Shown: piece after piece, positions 50,101 through 58,867 of the stretch | Layout: each line of letters starts with the position of its first letter | How positions within the stretch are numbered: the stretch's first letter is position 1 | Source: Nitrospirota bacterium | GTDB taxonomy: Bacteria; Nitrospirota; UBA9217 | DNA: 64,000 nt | Assembly (NCBI GenBank): GCA_963740085.1 | Contig: CAVUCU010000005.1 | Span: 384,001-448,000 of the forward strand | Direction of reading: 5' to 3' | Program-made: the position numbers and the translations under genes | The notes under the pieces: generated by a model | Told to the model about the DNA's origin: nothing | The model's input: only the letters and a program-made list of their open reading frames with translations | The model's database searches: none

Positions 50101-50645
50101 GCGTCTATGACCCTTTTCTCCGTCACGATCTTTATCACCGGCACGTCATGCGGATCCGTCGGGACCAGCGGAACGATCTGTGTGTCGAATGCCAGCGCCA
50201 CGGTCGTCTTCGTAAAAGAGCTCAGCAGCTTGTCGTAAAATCCGGCGCCATATCCCAACCGGTTGCCCCGCCCGTCAAAAGCCGCACCGGGCACAAGGAT
50301 GAGATCGATCTCGTCAAGTTCGACCGGGCTGTTCTCATGGGGCTCGGGAATGCCCCACGCTCCGGGAGCAACGTCATTGTCCCAGTCCGCGATCTCGTAC
50401 AGTGCAAGTTTGGCGCCGGTTACCTTCGGAAGGGCGACTCTCTTGCCAAAGGTCAATGCGCGCCGGATCATGGAACCCGTGTCCACTTCGCTCCGGAATG
50501 ATGCAAAGAACAGAACAATGCGCGCTGCCTTGAATTCAGGAAGAGAAAAGAGCCTTTCTTCGATCTCCAGGCTTTTCGCCGTTCGTTGTGCCGGCAGGAG
50601 GCTGTCCCTTGCGGCGAGCACCTTTTTTCTGATCTCTTTTTTCAA
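50091..50645 (-). CDS. 5-formyltetrahydrofolate cyclo-ligase
   Basis: SEVDT, WGIPEP, VPGAAFD, RLGYGAGFYD and HD motifs; TTG start. Confidence 0.93.
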   Translation of the reverse strand: MKKEIRKKVLAARDSLLPAQRTAKSLEIEERLFSLPEFKAARIVLFFASFRSEVDTGSMIRRALTFGKRVALPKVTGAKLALYEIADWDNDVAPGAWGIPEPHENSPVELDEIDLILVPGAAFDGRGNRLGYGAGFYDKLLSSFTKTTVALAFDTQIVPLVPTDPHDVPVIKIVTEKRVIDAKS

Positions 50646-50654
50646 GTGAAGGAA

Positions 50655-51434
50655 TTACTTCTTCATCAACTGGTCGAGCGCGGTCTTGATGACCTTCGCT
50701 TCATCCACGGCGCGAGGTGAGGCATCGTATGGCGATCTGCCGTCAAGGTCCGCCTTGACCGTGTCGTCGGCGTAGCTCATGAACCCGAGTACCTTCATGC
50801 CGGAGAGGTGCTTCGCGATGAATTCCTTGTCCGACTCCTGTTTGATCTTGTTGCCGACGATGAAGACATCTTTGATGCCGAGTCCCATTGCCAGGCTCTC
50901 CACGTGCCGCGCGGTCTGAAGGCTCCGCTGACCGGGTTCCACGACAACAATGAAGGCATTTACGCCGCTTGCCGTGCCGCGGGTCAGGTGCTCGATGCCC
51001 GCCTCCATATCAAGGATGACCACCTCGTCCCGGCGCAGGATGAGGTGACTGATAAGACGGCGCAGCAGTACGTGTTCCGGACAATAACAGCCTGCCGCAG
51101 CTTCTTTCGATTTTCCCATGACCAGAAGCCGTACGCCCTCATGCTGGATCCCGTACGCCTCCGGGATATCGTCCACCCTGGGATTGATGCTGAACATGCC
51201 GCCAGGGGTGCCGGGCCGGGATCCGGTTCGCTCCTCGATCATGTCCGACTGCTCGGCGAGCGGCAGGGCCTTTGATGCGATCTCAGGCGAGATCCCGAGC
51301 GCAGAGGCCAGATTCGCGTCCGGATCAGCGTCTACAGCCAGCACCTTTTTGCCGTCGGCTGCATAGAGCCGCGCCAAAAGACCTGCCAGCGTGGTTTTCC
51401 CTACACCGCCCTTGCCGGTAATAGCTATTTTCAA
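50655..51434 (-). CDS. cooC: CooC nickel-insertion ATPase (CODH-maturation-like type)
   Basis: KIAITGKGGVGKTT, DADPDANLA, NPRVDDIP, GCYCPE and DMEAGIEHL motifs; TTG start 6 nt from GAGGAG (ATG at 51440 is an alternative). Confidence 0.92.
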   Translation of the reverse strand: MKIAITGKGGVGKTTLAGLLARLYAADGKKVLAVDADPDANLASALGISPEIASKALPLAEQSDMIEERTGSRPGTPGGMFSINPRVDDIPEAYGIQHEGVRLLVMGKSKEAAAGCYCPEHVLLRRLISHLILRRDEVVILDMEAGIEHLTRGTASGVNAFIVVVEPGQRSLQTARHVESLAMGLGIKDVFIVGNKIKQESDKEFIAKHLSGMKVLGFMSYADDTVKADLDGRSPYDASPRAVDEAKVIKTALDQLMKK

Positions 51435-51460
51435 ACGCATCTCCTCTGGGTTAGAGAGAC

Positions 51461-51490
51461 AAAATAACATCTATGATGCTGAAGTGTCAA
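51461..51490 (-). promoter_or_regulatory. sigma70-type promoter at the head of the C1 cluster
   Basis: TTGACA-N18-TATTTT with TG extension on the minus strand. Confidence 0.6.
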
Positions 51491-51730
51491 GGCTTTTTTG
51501 ATGCGCCCGACAGGCCTTTTTCAGCTGCAGCGTGATTAAATACCTTTTAAAAATAGGGAGAATACGCTTGTCCTTGTTGACGAGGGAACACCGGGTATCG
51601 AGTAAGAAGCAGGGGATAAGAAGGCATCTCGCTCGGCGGCCTCACCGGGCCATGGGTCAATTTGAGCTCTCCCAAGCTTGCTTTTAAAAAACAAAGATGT
51701 TACATTCCCTGCAGTTGAGGACGCTCTTGC

Positions 51731-52813
51731 ATGAACATTCCAAAGATCAACATTAAATCCATGGGCCGGGACGAGCTCCAGGCCGACCTCGTCAACAGGG
51801 GGCTTAAAAAATTTCGCGCCGGCCAGATCCTTACCTGGGTATACACGCATTGCGTCCGCTCCTTTGAGGAGATGACAAATATTCCGAAAATGGAGCGCGC
51901 CCTCCTTTCGTCAATCTTCTTTATCTCGACGCCAAACATCGTCAGGACAGAGATCTCCAAGGATGGAACGAGAAAATTTCTTTTTGCGCTTGAGGATACG
52001 CACACCGTCGAGAGCGTCCTGATCCCTGACGAAGACCGGCAGACGCTCTGCATCTCTTCGCAGGTAGGATGTCAACAGGCGTGTCGTTTCTGTCTTACCG
52101 GGAGCAGGGGCTTTACAAGAGATCTCAGGGCCTTCGAGATCGTTGATCAGGTGCTGGAAATATCGTGCATCCTGCGCCGGGAGGAAAAACGCGGTATTAC
52201 GAACATCGTGCTCATGGGCATGGGCGAGCCGCTGTCGAACTTCGATGAAGTGTTGAAAGCGCTGCAGGTGATCGCCTCGGACAAGGGATTGGGATTTGCC
52301 ACGCGACGCGTGACCGTATCAACGAACGGCCTCGTGCCGGAGATCGAAAAACTGGGAAGGTCGGGAGTGAAGGTAAATCTCGCGATCTCGCTCAATGCCA
52401 CGACCGACGAGGTGCGGGACAGGATCATGCCCGTGAACCGGCGCTACCCTATCAAGGACCTCCTTGCAGCCTGCCGGCGCTATCCGCTTGAACCGCGGCG
52501 AAGGATCACTTTTGAATATGTGATGTTACAGGGGGTGAATGACTCGGCGGAAGACGCCCGACGGCTTGCCAGACTGCTCAGAGGGATCAAGTGCAAGGTG
52601 AACCTTATTCCCTTTAATCCTTTTCCCGGGAGCGTGTTTAACAGGCCTGGCGACACGACCGTGCTTAGCTTTCAAAAGGTCCTTCTGGACAACCGCTATA
52701 TAACACCGGTGCGCGAGTCGCGCGGCAGGGACATCTCGGCGGCATGCGGACAGTTACGGGAAAGAGTGGATCTCACGAAGGAAATGATGGACGATGAACG
52801 ATCGCTTCGCTAG
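51731..52813 (+). CDS. rlmN: 23S rRNA m2A2503 / tRNA methyltransferase
   Basis: CISSQVGCQQACRFC, MGMGEP, NLIPFN and DISAACGQL motifs. Confidence 0.97.
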   Translation: MNIPKINIKSMGRDELQADLVNRGLKKFRAGQILTWVYTHCVRSFEEMTNIPKMERALLSSIFFISTPNIVRTEISKDGTRKFLFALEDTHTVESVLIPDEDRQTLCISSQVGCQQACRFCLTGSRGFTRDLRAFEIVDQVLEISCILRREEKRGITNIVLMGMGEPLSNFDEVLKALQVIASDKGLGFATRRVTVSTNGLVPEIEKLGRSGVKVNLAISLNATTDEVRDRIMPVNRRYPIKDLLAACRRYPLEPRRRITFEYVMLQGVNDSAEDARRLARLLRGIKCKVNLIPFNPFPGSVFNRPGDTTVLSFQKVLLDNRYITPVRESRGRDISAACGQLRERVDLTKEMMDDERSLR

Positions 52814-52867
52814 GACGAGAGAGGATATTGACTTATTCGTCCCTCGTCCGACGTCTTTCGTCCCTCA
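52776..52867. repeat. heptamer-based palindromic repeat, GGACGAG/CGTCCCT family
   Basis: GATGGACGATGAACGATCGCTTCGCTAGGACGAG left arm and TCGTCCCTCGTCCGACGTCTTTCGTCCCTC right arm; overlaps the rlmN stop. Confidence 0.7.
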
Positions 52868-52885
52868 CACTTCATGGTGCCTCCG

Positions 52886-53266
52886 TCAGCTTTTGCCCCC
52901 CAGGATCCCGTTGACAACGCTCAGGAGTTCCGCCGTCTGGATAGGCTTGGGGATGTAAGCATTGGCGCCCAGGGCGAGTCCGCGTTTGCGGTCCTCATCC
53001 GCGCCTTCTGTGGTAATAATGATGATGGGAATGACCTTGTGCGACGGATCGTTCCGCACCATGGAGACAAGCTTGAGTCCGTCCATGATCGGCATGTTGA
53101 TGTCAGTCAGGATAATATCGAACTTATGGGTCGAAAGCTTCTTGAGCGCGTCAATGCCGTCGTTGGCTTCGACGATCTTGCTGCCCGGGATGCGCTTCAG
53201 GGCAAAGGAGATCAATTGCCGCATTGTCGGAGAATCTTCCACCACCAAAAAATTATACTCGGGCAT
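52886..53266 (-). CDS. cheY: single-domain response regulator (CheY-like)
   Basis: VVEDS, TDINMP, ITTEG and YIPKP receiver motifs; che context. Confidence 0.88.
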   Translation of the reverse strand: MPEYNFLVVEDSPTMRQLISFALKRIPGSKIVEANDGIDALKKLSTHKFDIILTDINMPIMDGLKLVSMVRNDPSHKVIPIIIITTEGADEDRKRGLALGANAYIPKPIQTAELLSVVNGILGGKS

Positions 53267-53280
53267 TTTCTAACCTCCGT

Positions 53281-54108
53281 TTATTTTTCCTTAAGCAGAT
53301 CGAGAAAGCTCTGGATCGTCGTGAGCTTGCGTTCTGACTGCGAATAGAGCTTTGATGAAAAGAGCGCTGTGGCCGCGTGGCCCGCAAGCATGGTGAACAG
53401 CTCGTAGTCAACCGGCGTGAACGCTTCCTTCTGGACCAGGAGTTTGTAGATGACGATCACGCCGATCACATGCTCCTTGATCTTGAGCGGGATAACGACC
53501 AGGGGGTTGAGATAGTCGACGCTCTTCAGGTCCTTGGGATCTCCTTCGCGGTAGAACGATTCGCCCGCTTTCGCCGCCCCGCCGATGGTCCCGTCGCCCA
53601 GCTTGACGCTTGCCCGTGCTTCCGGCCCCATGCCTTCCTGTGCCACGATCGTCATTTCGTTCGTCTTTTCGTCGAGCATCATGATCGAGAACTCCTCTGC
53701 GCCGATCAGGTTCATGACGATCTCGAGGATGATCTTGAGGCATTCGCTGAAATCAAGGGTGGAATGAAGCTGATAGCTTGCCACGTACAGGTTTGCCAGG
53801 TTGTTGTTCTCCGCCTCCACCTCGATGTAGCGGTTCGCGAAGTCCTTGTTCTCCTCTTCCACCACGCGGTAGCGGTCGATCAGTTGTTTATTTTCTTCCT
53901 CAAGGAACTTGATCCTCTCTTCCATGCTATGCGTCAGGAAACTGCCTTCCCTGCCCGAGAATTTGGTCACTTCTTCAAACTGGGCGACCCGGTATCTGAG
54001 CTTCTCGTTCTCCTTCAAGAGCGCCTGGGTAAACTCCTCGCCCTTTTTGAATACCTGGAGAAACTCTTCAACCTTTTTCGTGATCGATGCAGAGTCCTTT
54101 TCCATCAT
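53281..54108 (-). CDS. coiled-coil plus GAF domain protein
   Basis: N-terminal coiled coil, NLYVASYQLHSTLD, C-terminal GAF (VIPLKIKEHVIGVI, LAGHAATAL). Confidence 0.82.
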   Translation of the reverse strand: MMEKDSASITKKVEEFLQVFKKGEEFTQALLKENEKLRYRVAQFEEVTKFSGREGSFLTHSMEERIKFLEEENKQLIDRYRVVEEENKDFANRYIEVEAENNNLANLYVASYQLHSTLDFSECLKIILEIVMNLIGAEEFSIMMLDEKTNEMTIVAQEGMGPEARASVKLGDGTIGGAAKAGESFYREGDPKDLKSVDYLNPLVVIPLKIKEHVIGVIVIYKLLVQKEAFTPVDYELFTMLAGHAATALFSSKLYSQSERKLTTIQSFLDLLKEK

Positions 54109-54170
54109 GCCCTCCTGTTATGGCCGCTCAGGAACCGAAGCTGCTGAAGCAAACAACGCGCAGCACCGTA

Positions 54171-54201
54171 ATTATAGTTGAGTCTTGAAAAATTATCAAG
54201 A
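54171..54201 (-). promoter_or_regulatory. internal promoter for GAF-cheY with overlapping palindrome
   Basis: TTGATA-N17-TATAAT; TCTTGA-N7-TCAAGA inverted repeat over the -35 box. Confidence 0.6.
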
Positions 54202-54236
54202 AGGAATTGCAGCAAGAATTATCGCGACACGCATCA

Positions 54237-55316
54237 CTATGACGCCGCCCGTTTAGGGTTGCACCTCGCCTCAATCTCCGTTGCCATCTTGCCCAGCGTC
54301 AGCACCTTGTCCACGAGTCCCGTGCGGATGGCCTCCTGCGGCATGCCGAAGACAACGGCGCTCTCTTCGCTCTCAGCGAGGCACTGGCCCTGCTTGCCCT
54401 TGATGGCGATCACTCCTTCGACGCCGTCGTTACCCATCCCGGTAAGAACGACGCCGAGGGCGGCCGGGCCGCAGGCCTCGGCAACGGACACCATCATGCG
54501 GTCGGCGGAGGGAATGTACTTGTCCGACGGGTTCCGCGGAGCAAGCTCGATCACCAGCCCGCTGCGGGTCTTCTTGACGATGAGGTGATGCCCGCCGGGG
54601 GCAATGTGCACCGTCCCCGCCTTCACCCGGTCTCCGGCAGCGGCCTCGCTCACGATAAGCGGCGAGAGCTTGTTCAGCCGCTGGGCGAAGCTCCGGGTGA
54701 ATCCGGCCGGCATGTGCTGGGAGATCACGATGCCGGCGTTGAATTCGGCGGGAAGTGTGGTCAGGATAGCCTGGATCGCCGGCGGCCCGCCGGTGGACGA
54801 AGCGATCGCCACCACGTCGACCGGCCCGTGCTCCCGCGGCATCTCATCCTCTTTCCTCGCCGGGAGCGGAACGTGCTCACGGGCGAGAAGGTCGATCGTG
54901 GACTTCACCTTGGTCATCTCAAGGTTCAATACCGAATGGACCTTGGACACAAGGCTGTCCCTGACGCTTTCGATGCTCTTCGAGATGCGGGCCTCGGGCT
55001 TGGGCAGAAAATCGATGGCACCCAGTTCCAGTGCGCGAAAAACGCTGTGGCTGTCGGAAAGTGACGAGATGACGAGCACGGGCGTCGGTCGCTCTTTCAT
55101 GAGCCACCGCAGGAAGGAAAATCCGTCCATGTTCGGCATCTCAAGGTCAAGGGTTATCACATCGGGCTTGAAGCGCAGTGTCTTGGCGATGGCGTCCACG
55201 CCGTCCGTGGCGCTCCCCGCCACCTCGATCCCCGGGTCGCTCGCGAGCATCTCCCCGATCACCGTGCGATTATACGCCGAATCGTCGACAACAAGGGCCC
55301 TGATCTTCTTGGTCAT
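54237..55316 (-). CDS. cheB: chemotaxis methylesterase with receiver domain
   Basis: TLDLEMP, ASSTGG, QHMP and LTGMGNDG motifs. Confidence 0.95.
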   Translation of the reverse strand: MTKKIRALVVDDSAYNRTVIGEMLASDPGIEVAGSATDGVDAIAKTLRFKPDVITLDLEMPNMDGFSFLRWLMKERPTPVLVISSLSDSHSVFRALELGAIDFLPKPEARISKSIESVRDSLVSKVHSVLNLEMTKVKSTIDLLAREHVPLPARKEDEMPREHGPVDVVAIASSTGGPPAIQAILTTLPAEFNAGIVISQHMPAGFTRSFAQRLNKLSPLIVSEAAAGDRVKAGTVHIAPGGHHLIVKKTRSGLVIELAPRNPSDKYIPSADRMMVSVAEACGPAALGVVLTGMGNDGVEGVIAIKGKQGQCLAESEESAVVFGMPQEAIRTGLVDKVLTLGKMATEIEARCNPKRAAS

Positions 55317-55347
55317 AGCGATCTTCCTTTTCCGGTCTGCGCGCTCC

Positions 55348-56214
55348 TCACGACCCCGACCTTGTCCGGAGCGGCTTCTGGTAAACCATATCGTTTTTAA
55401 GCGTGCGAAGCACGAACGCGTTCGAGATGTTGATCAGCGATTCAGAGTGTCCGAGAAGCAGGTAGCCGCCTTCGCGGAGCTTGCCCGAGAAGCTCTCGAT
55501 CACTTTTTTCTTGGCTTCTTTGTCGAAATAGATGATCACGTTCCGGCAGAATATGATGTCCATGTTGCTGATCAAGTTGGCCTTGAGCGGATCCAGCAGG
55601 TTCAGGGAGCTGAACGAAACGAGTTCTTTGACCTTATCAACGATCCGGTAATTGCCCTTGTCCTCTTCGATGAAATACTTCGCGAGCATTTCGGGGCTCG
55701 TCACGCGGTGAGCGCTCGTCTTGTACACCCCCTTGCGCGCCGTGTGCAGGACCCGCTGATTGATGTCGCTGCCGAGGATCTCCACCTGCCAGTTGCGCCA
55801 CCAGTCCCCGGATTCGAACAGCAGCATGGCGATGGTGTAGGGTTCCTCTCCCGTGGAGCAGCCGGCGCTCCAGATCCGAAGGGCCTTCCGGTCGGAAAGT
55901 CGTTCGCGCAGTTCAGGGAGGATCTCCTCTGAAAATGCACGGAGTTGCGGACTTTCCCGGAAAAAGTAGGTCTCATTCGTGGTGAGATTGTCCACGAGAA
56001 TGGTGAGCTCTTCCTCCCGCTTCCGGTCATAGCGGAGGAAGTGGTAGTACTCCTCAAAGGTCTTGAGATGATGCTGCTCAAGCCTGCGCGAAAGCCGGCG
56101 TTCAAGAAGGAACTTGGACGCATCGTCAAAAAATATCCCGCAGTAGCCGTGGATAAAATCCCGAAGGAGCCTGAACACATCGTCCGGCAGCGGAATGGTC
56201 TGCTCTTCAAACAT
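55348..56214 (-). CDS. cheR: chemotaxis methyltransferase
   Basis: TTNETYFFRE, WSAGCSTGEEPY, IFCRNVIIYF and LGHSE motifs. Confidence 0.96.
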   Translation of the reverse strand: MFEEQTIPLPDDVFRLLRDFIHGYCGIFFDDASKFLLERRLSRRLEQHHLKTFEEYYHFLRYDRKREEELTILVDNLTTNETYFFRESPQLRAFSEEILPELRERLSDRKALRIWSAGCSTGEEPYTIAMLLFESGDWWRNWQVEILGSDINQRVLHTARKGVYKTSAHRVTSPEMLAKYFIEEDKGNYRIVDKVKELVSFSSLNLLDPLKANLISNMDIIFCRNVIIYFDKEAKKKVIESFSGKLREGGYLLLGHSESLINISNAFVLRTLKNDMVYQKPLRTRSGS

Positions 56215-58209
56215 TTATCTCCCCAACGCCTCGTTCGCAGCCTGCCGTACCGCCGTATCCGGATCTCCGTCGGCAATCTTCGCGAGAAGCGCTTCGACCG
56301 CCGCATCGCGCCGGTGTTTGAGCACCTCGACCGCTGTCTTCCTTACACTCCAGTGCGGGTCCGACAATCTTGCAAGTACGGCCCACAGCACATCGTTCCC
56401 CTCGTATCCGTCCAGGGCGGCCAGCACTGTTTTACGCACCTCCGGGTCCTTGTGGTCCGCCAGTCTCAGGAGAGGATCGCATGCCGGCGCGTAGCGAAGC
56501 CTGCCCAATACCTCCACGAGCGCAAGAAGAAAAATATCGGTCGCCGTGCCAAGGCAAGCGGTGAGCACCTCGCCGGCCTTTGCGCCGCCGGTCCTGCCCA
56601 GACCCCGCGCAGCGGTTGCCCGGACCCAGAGGTCGGTGTCCGCCAGCAGGGCAATCAGGGCCTCACGCGCCTCAGGCGCGTCCATGGCACCAAGCGCCTC
56701 CGCGGCGGGCATTCGGACCTCGGGATCATCATCGGTGACCGCCAGCAGAAGAGGCCGGAGCGCCTTGCCGGCGGGCGCGTTGGCGAGCGCATTGACCACG
56801 GCCTTCCGGACGGCCGGTTCCTCGTCCTTGAGCGCGAAGGCAAGGGCATCAACAGCCTTTTCCGTAGAAAATTTTCCGAGCAGCAGCACGATATTCCTGC
56901 GCATAAACGCGTCGCGGGAAGAGAAGTCCTTCGTGAGTCCGTCGAGCACGGACTCATCGCCGATCGCGGCCAGGGCATGGATCGCCTCTTCCTGCACGTT
57001 CTCGTAGTCATCGTCGAGGAGGTCAAGAAGCGGCGTCATCGCCTGCCTGCTCCGCAGGCGTCCGAGCGCGGTCGCGGCGGCGCTCCGCACGTGACCGTTC
57101 TCATCCTGCAGGAGCAGTATCAGGCGCCCCTCGGCCTCCGCACAGGCGACCTCCCCCAGCACCTCAGCTATCGTACGCCGGACCAGGGCATTGTCACTGG
57201 CGAGGTAGGGAAGCAGAAAAACTGCCTTGTCCTTGTCAATGTGCGAGAGTGAGTGCGCCACGGGCTCTCGGAGTTCTTCTTCGTTCAAAAGAGAGAGCAG
57301 CTTCCGGATCGAGCTTTCCCGCCCGATCCAGCCGAGGAGGGCAATGGTCGCCATTTGAAGATCGCCGGCACTCGAGACAAGGGTCTCTTCCAGAAGATCC
57401 ACGGCCCGCTCGATCACCCGTGCGCGCACCGACTCGATGACCTTAAGCCGTTCCGTCGCGGTGCTCTTGCGGTAGATCGCAGCCATCGCTACGATCGAAA
57501 CTTCTCGCACGATCCTGAGTTCATCAGCAAGGCTTACAATGAGCGGATCGATGGTGTTCGCATTGCCTATCTTGCCGAGCGATTCGAGGACCGGCTCGCG
57601 AAGACTGCTCCGGTCGAGTGCCGCGAGAAGCGGTCCGAGCGCCCGCTGGTCGCCGATCTCGCCGAGCGCTTCGGCTGCGGCGTAGTCAAGCCAGCCCAGA
57701 TTGGGGCGGTTCAGGCATGTCAACAGGGCATCTACGGCCCGGACGTCGCGGATCTTTCCCAGGGCCTCGGCAGCGGCCACGCGGATATTCTCGTCATCGT
57801 CCTCGAGAAGCCTGGTGATCATCGCGGGCACGGCCCGGGAATCCTTGGTGTCGCCAAGTATATCGATGGCGAACTTCCGGACATCCGGGTCCGGTGTTGT
57901 GAGAAGAGGAAGCAGGTATTCCAGCGCAGGTCCTCCGATCTGAACAAGGGCCTCGATGGCCGAGTTCCTGGCTCCGGCGTTATCCTCGGCCTTCAGCGCC
58001 TCGATCAGACCGGTGATAACATCCTCCCCTTCGATCGCCACCAGCGCCTCGACCGCTGTTTTCCGGACCCGCCAGTCCTTGTCCGCCATGGCGCGCAAGA
58101 GGAAGGGAACGGCCTGACCGCCCGCACGACCGAGATCAACTACGGCCTCCCGTCGTTCTTCCGCGTCAGCGCTCTGGAGCTTATTGCCTAAGGCCTCAAT
58201 ATCCTGCAT
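56215..58209 (-). CDS. HEAT/PBS-lyase repeat protein
   Basis: Many repeats of the type D-D-x-x-VR-x-A-A-x-AL-G. Confidence 0.9.
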   Translation of the reverse strand: MQDIEALGNKLQSADAEERREAVVDLGRAGGQAVPFLLRAMADKDWRVRKTAVEALVAIEGEDVITGLIEALKAEDNAGARNSAIEALVQIGGPALEYLLPLLTTPDPDVRKFAIDILGDTKDSRAVPAMITRLLEDDDENIRVAAAEALGKIRDVRAVDALLTCLNRPNLGWLDYAAAEALGEIGDQRALGPLLAALDRSSLREPVLESLGKIGNANTIDPLIVSLADELRIVREVSIVAMAAIYRKSTATERLKVIESVRARVIERAVDLLEETLVSSAGDLQMATIALLGWIGRESSIRKLLSLLNEEELREPVAHSLSHIDKDKAVFLLPYLASDNALVRRTIAEVLGEVACAEAEGRLILLLQDENGHVRSAAATALGRLRSRQAMTPLLDLLDDDYENVQEEAIHALAAIGDESVLDGLTKDFSSRDAFMRRNIVLLLGKFSTEKAVDALAFALKDEEPAVRKAVVNALANAPAGKALRPLLLAVTDDDPEVRMPAAEALGAMDAPEAREALIALLADTDLWVRATAARGLGRTGGAKAGEVLTACLGTATDIFLLALVEVLGRLRYAPACDPLLRLADHKDPEVRKTVLAALDGYEGNDVLWAVLARLSDPHWSVRKTAVEVLKHRRDAAVEALLAKIADGDPDTAVRQAANEALGR

Positions 58210-58723
58210 GACCCGCCTCCGCCAACGCTGAGCGCTCCTGCTGGCTCAGGATCTTCGTGATGTCGATGAGGATGATGAGCCGGTCTCCCACCTTGCCCAT
58301 GCCGGTTATAAACCCGGCAGACTGACCCTTCGCGGCCTCCGGCGCCGGCTCAATGTCTTTCCCGGGAACATGGAGCACTTCCTGCACACCGTCCACCACC
58401 AGCCCGAGCAGCGCCCCCGGCGTTTTTCCCGATGCCCCAGGAATGGCTCCCTTCGTGATCAGCATGCGCATTTTCCTCGGATCATCGACTATCTGGGAAA
58501 GGGCAAAACGCTTACGCAGGTCTACGATCGGGATGATAACGCCGCGAAGATTGACTACGCCCTCTATAAACTCCGGCATTCGAGGAAGCGGAGTGATCTT
58601 GAGCGGACGGACCGCCTCGGTGATGAACCTGATTCCCACGCCATACTCCTCACTGCCGACCCTGAACGTGACGAGCTGGACCGTGTCGTCGACCAAGGCT
58701 ATCTTTTTCTCTTTTGACCACAT
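58196..58723 (-). CDS. cheW: chemotaxis coupling protein
   Basis: QLVTFRVG, GVVNLRGVIIPIVDLR and GLVVDGVQEV motifs. Confidence 0.93.
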   Translation of the reverse strand: MWSKEKKIALVDDTVQLVTFRVGSEEYGVGIRFITEAVRPLKITPLPRMPEFIEGVVNLRGVIIPIVDLRKRFALSQIVDDPRKMRMLITKGAIPGASGKTPGALLGLVVDGVQEVLHVPGKDIEPAPEAAKGQSAGFITGMGKVGDRLIILIDITKILSQQERSALAEAGHAGY

Positions 58724-58867
58724 GCTTTTCACAACCCTTGCCCCCTGACCATGATGAGCCGGGACCCCTGTGAGAGATAACACCCACAGCCATAGAGGTA
58801 CGTGCTCACAGACCCGTCAACCGATTGCTCAGCCATCCCGAACGACCACCCGTACCCCTCGCTCCCC

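Noticed and set aside
24515-51730. THF, ZTP, cobalamin, SAM or Moco riboswitches in the C1 cluster leaders
   Set aside because: I could not recognise the consensus elements by eye; an Infernal/Rfam scan would be needed to exclude them fully.
30618-52867. Intergenic repeats as a CRISPR array or IS ends
   Set aside because: There are no regularly spaced identical direct repeats with unique spacers, and no cas or transposase genes in the window.
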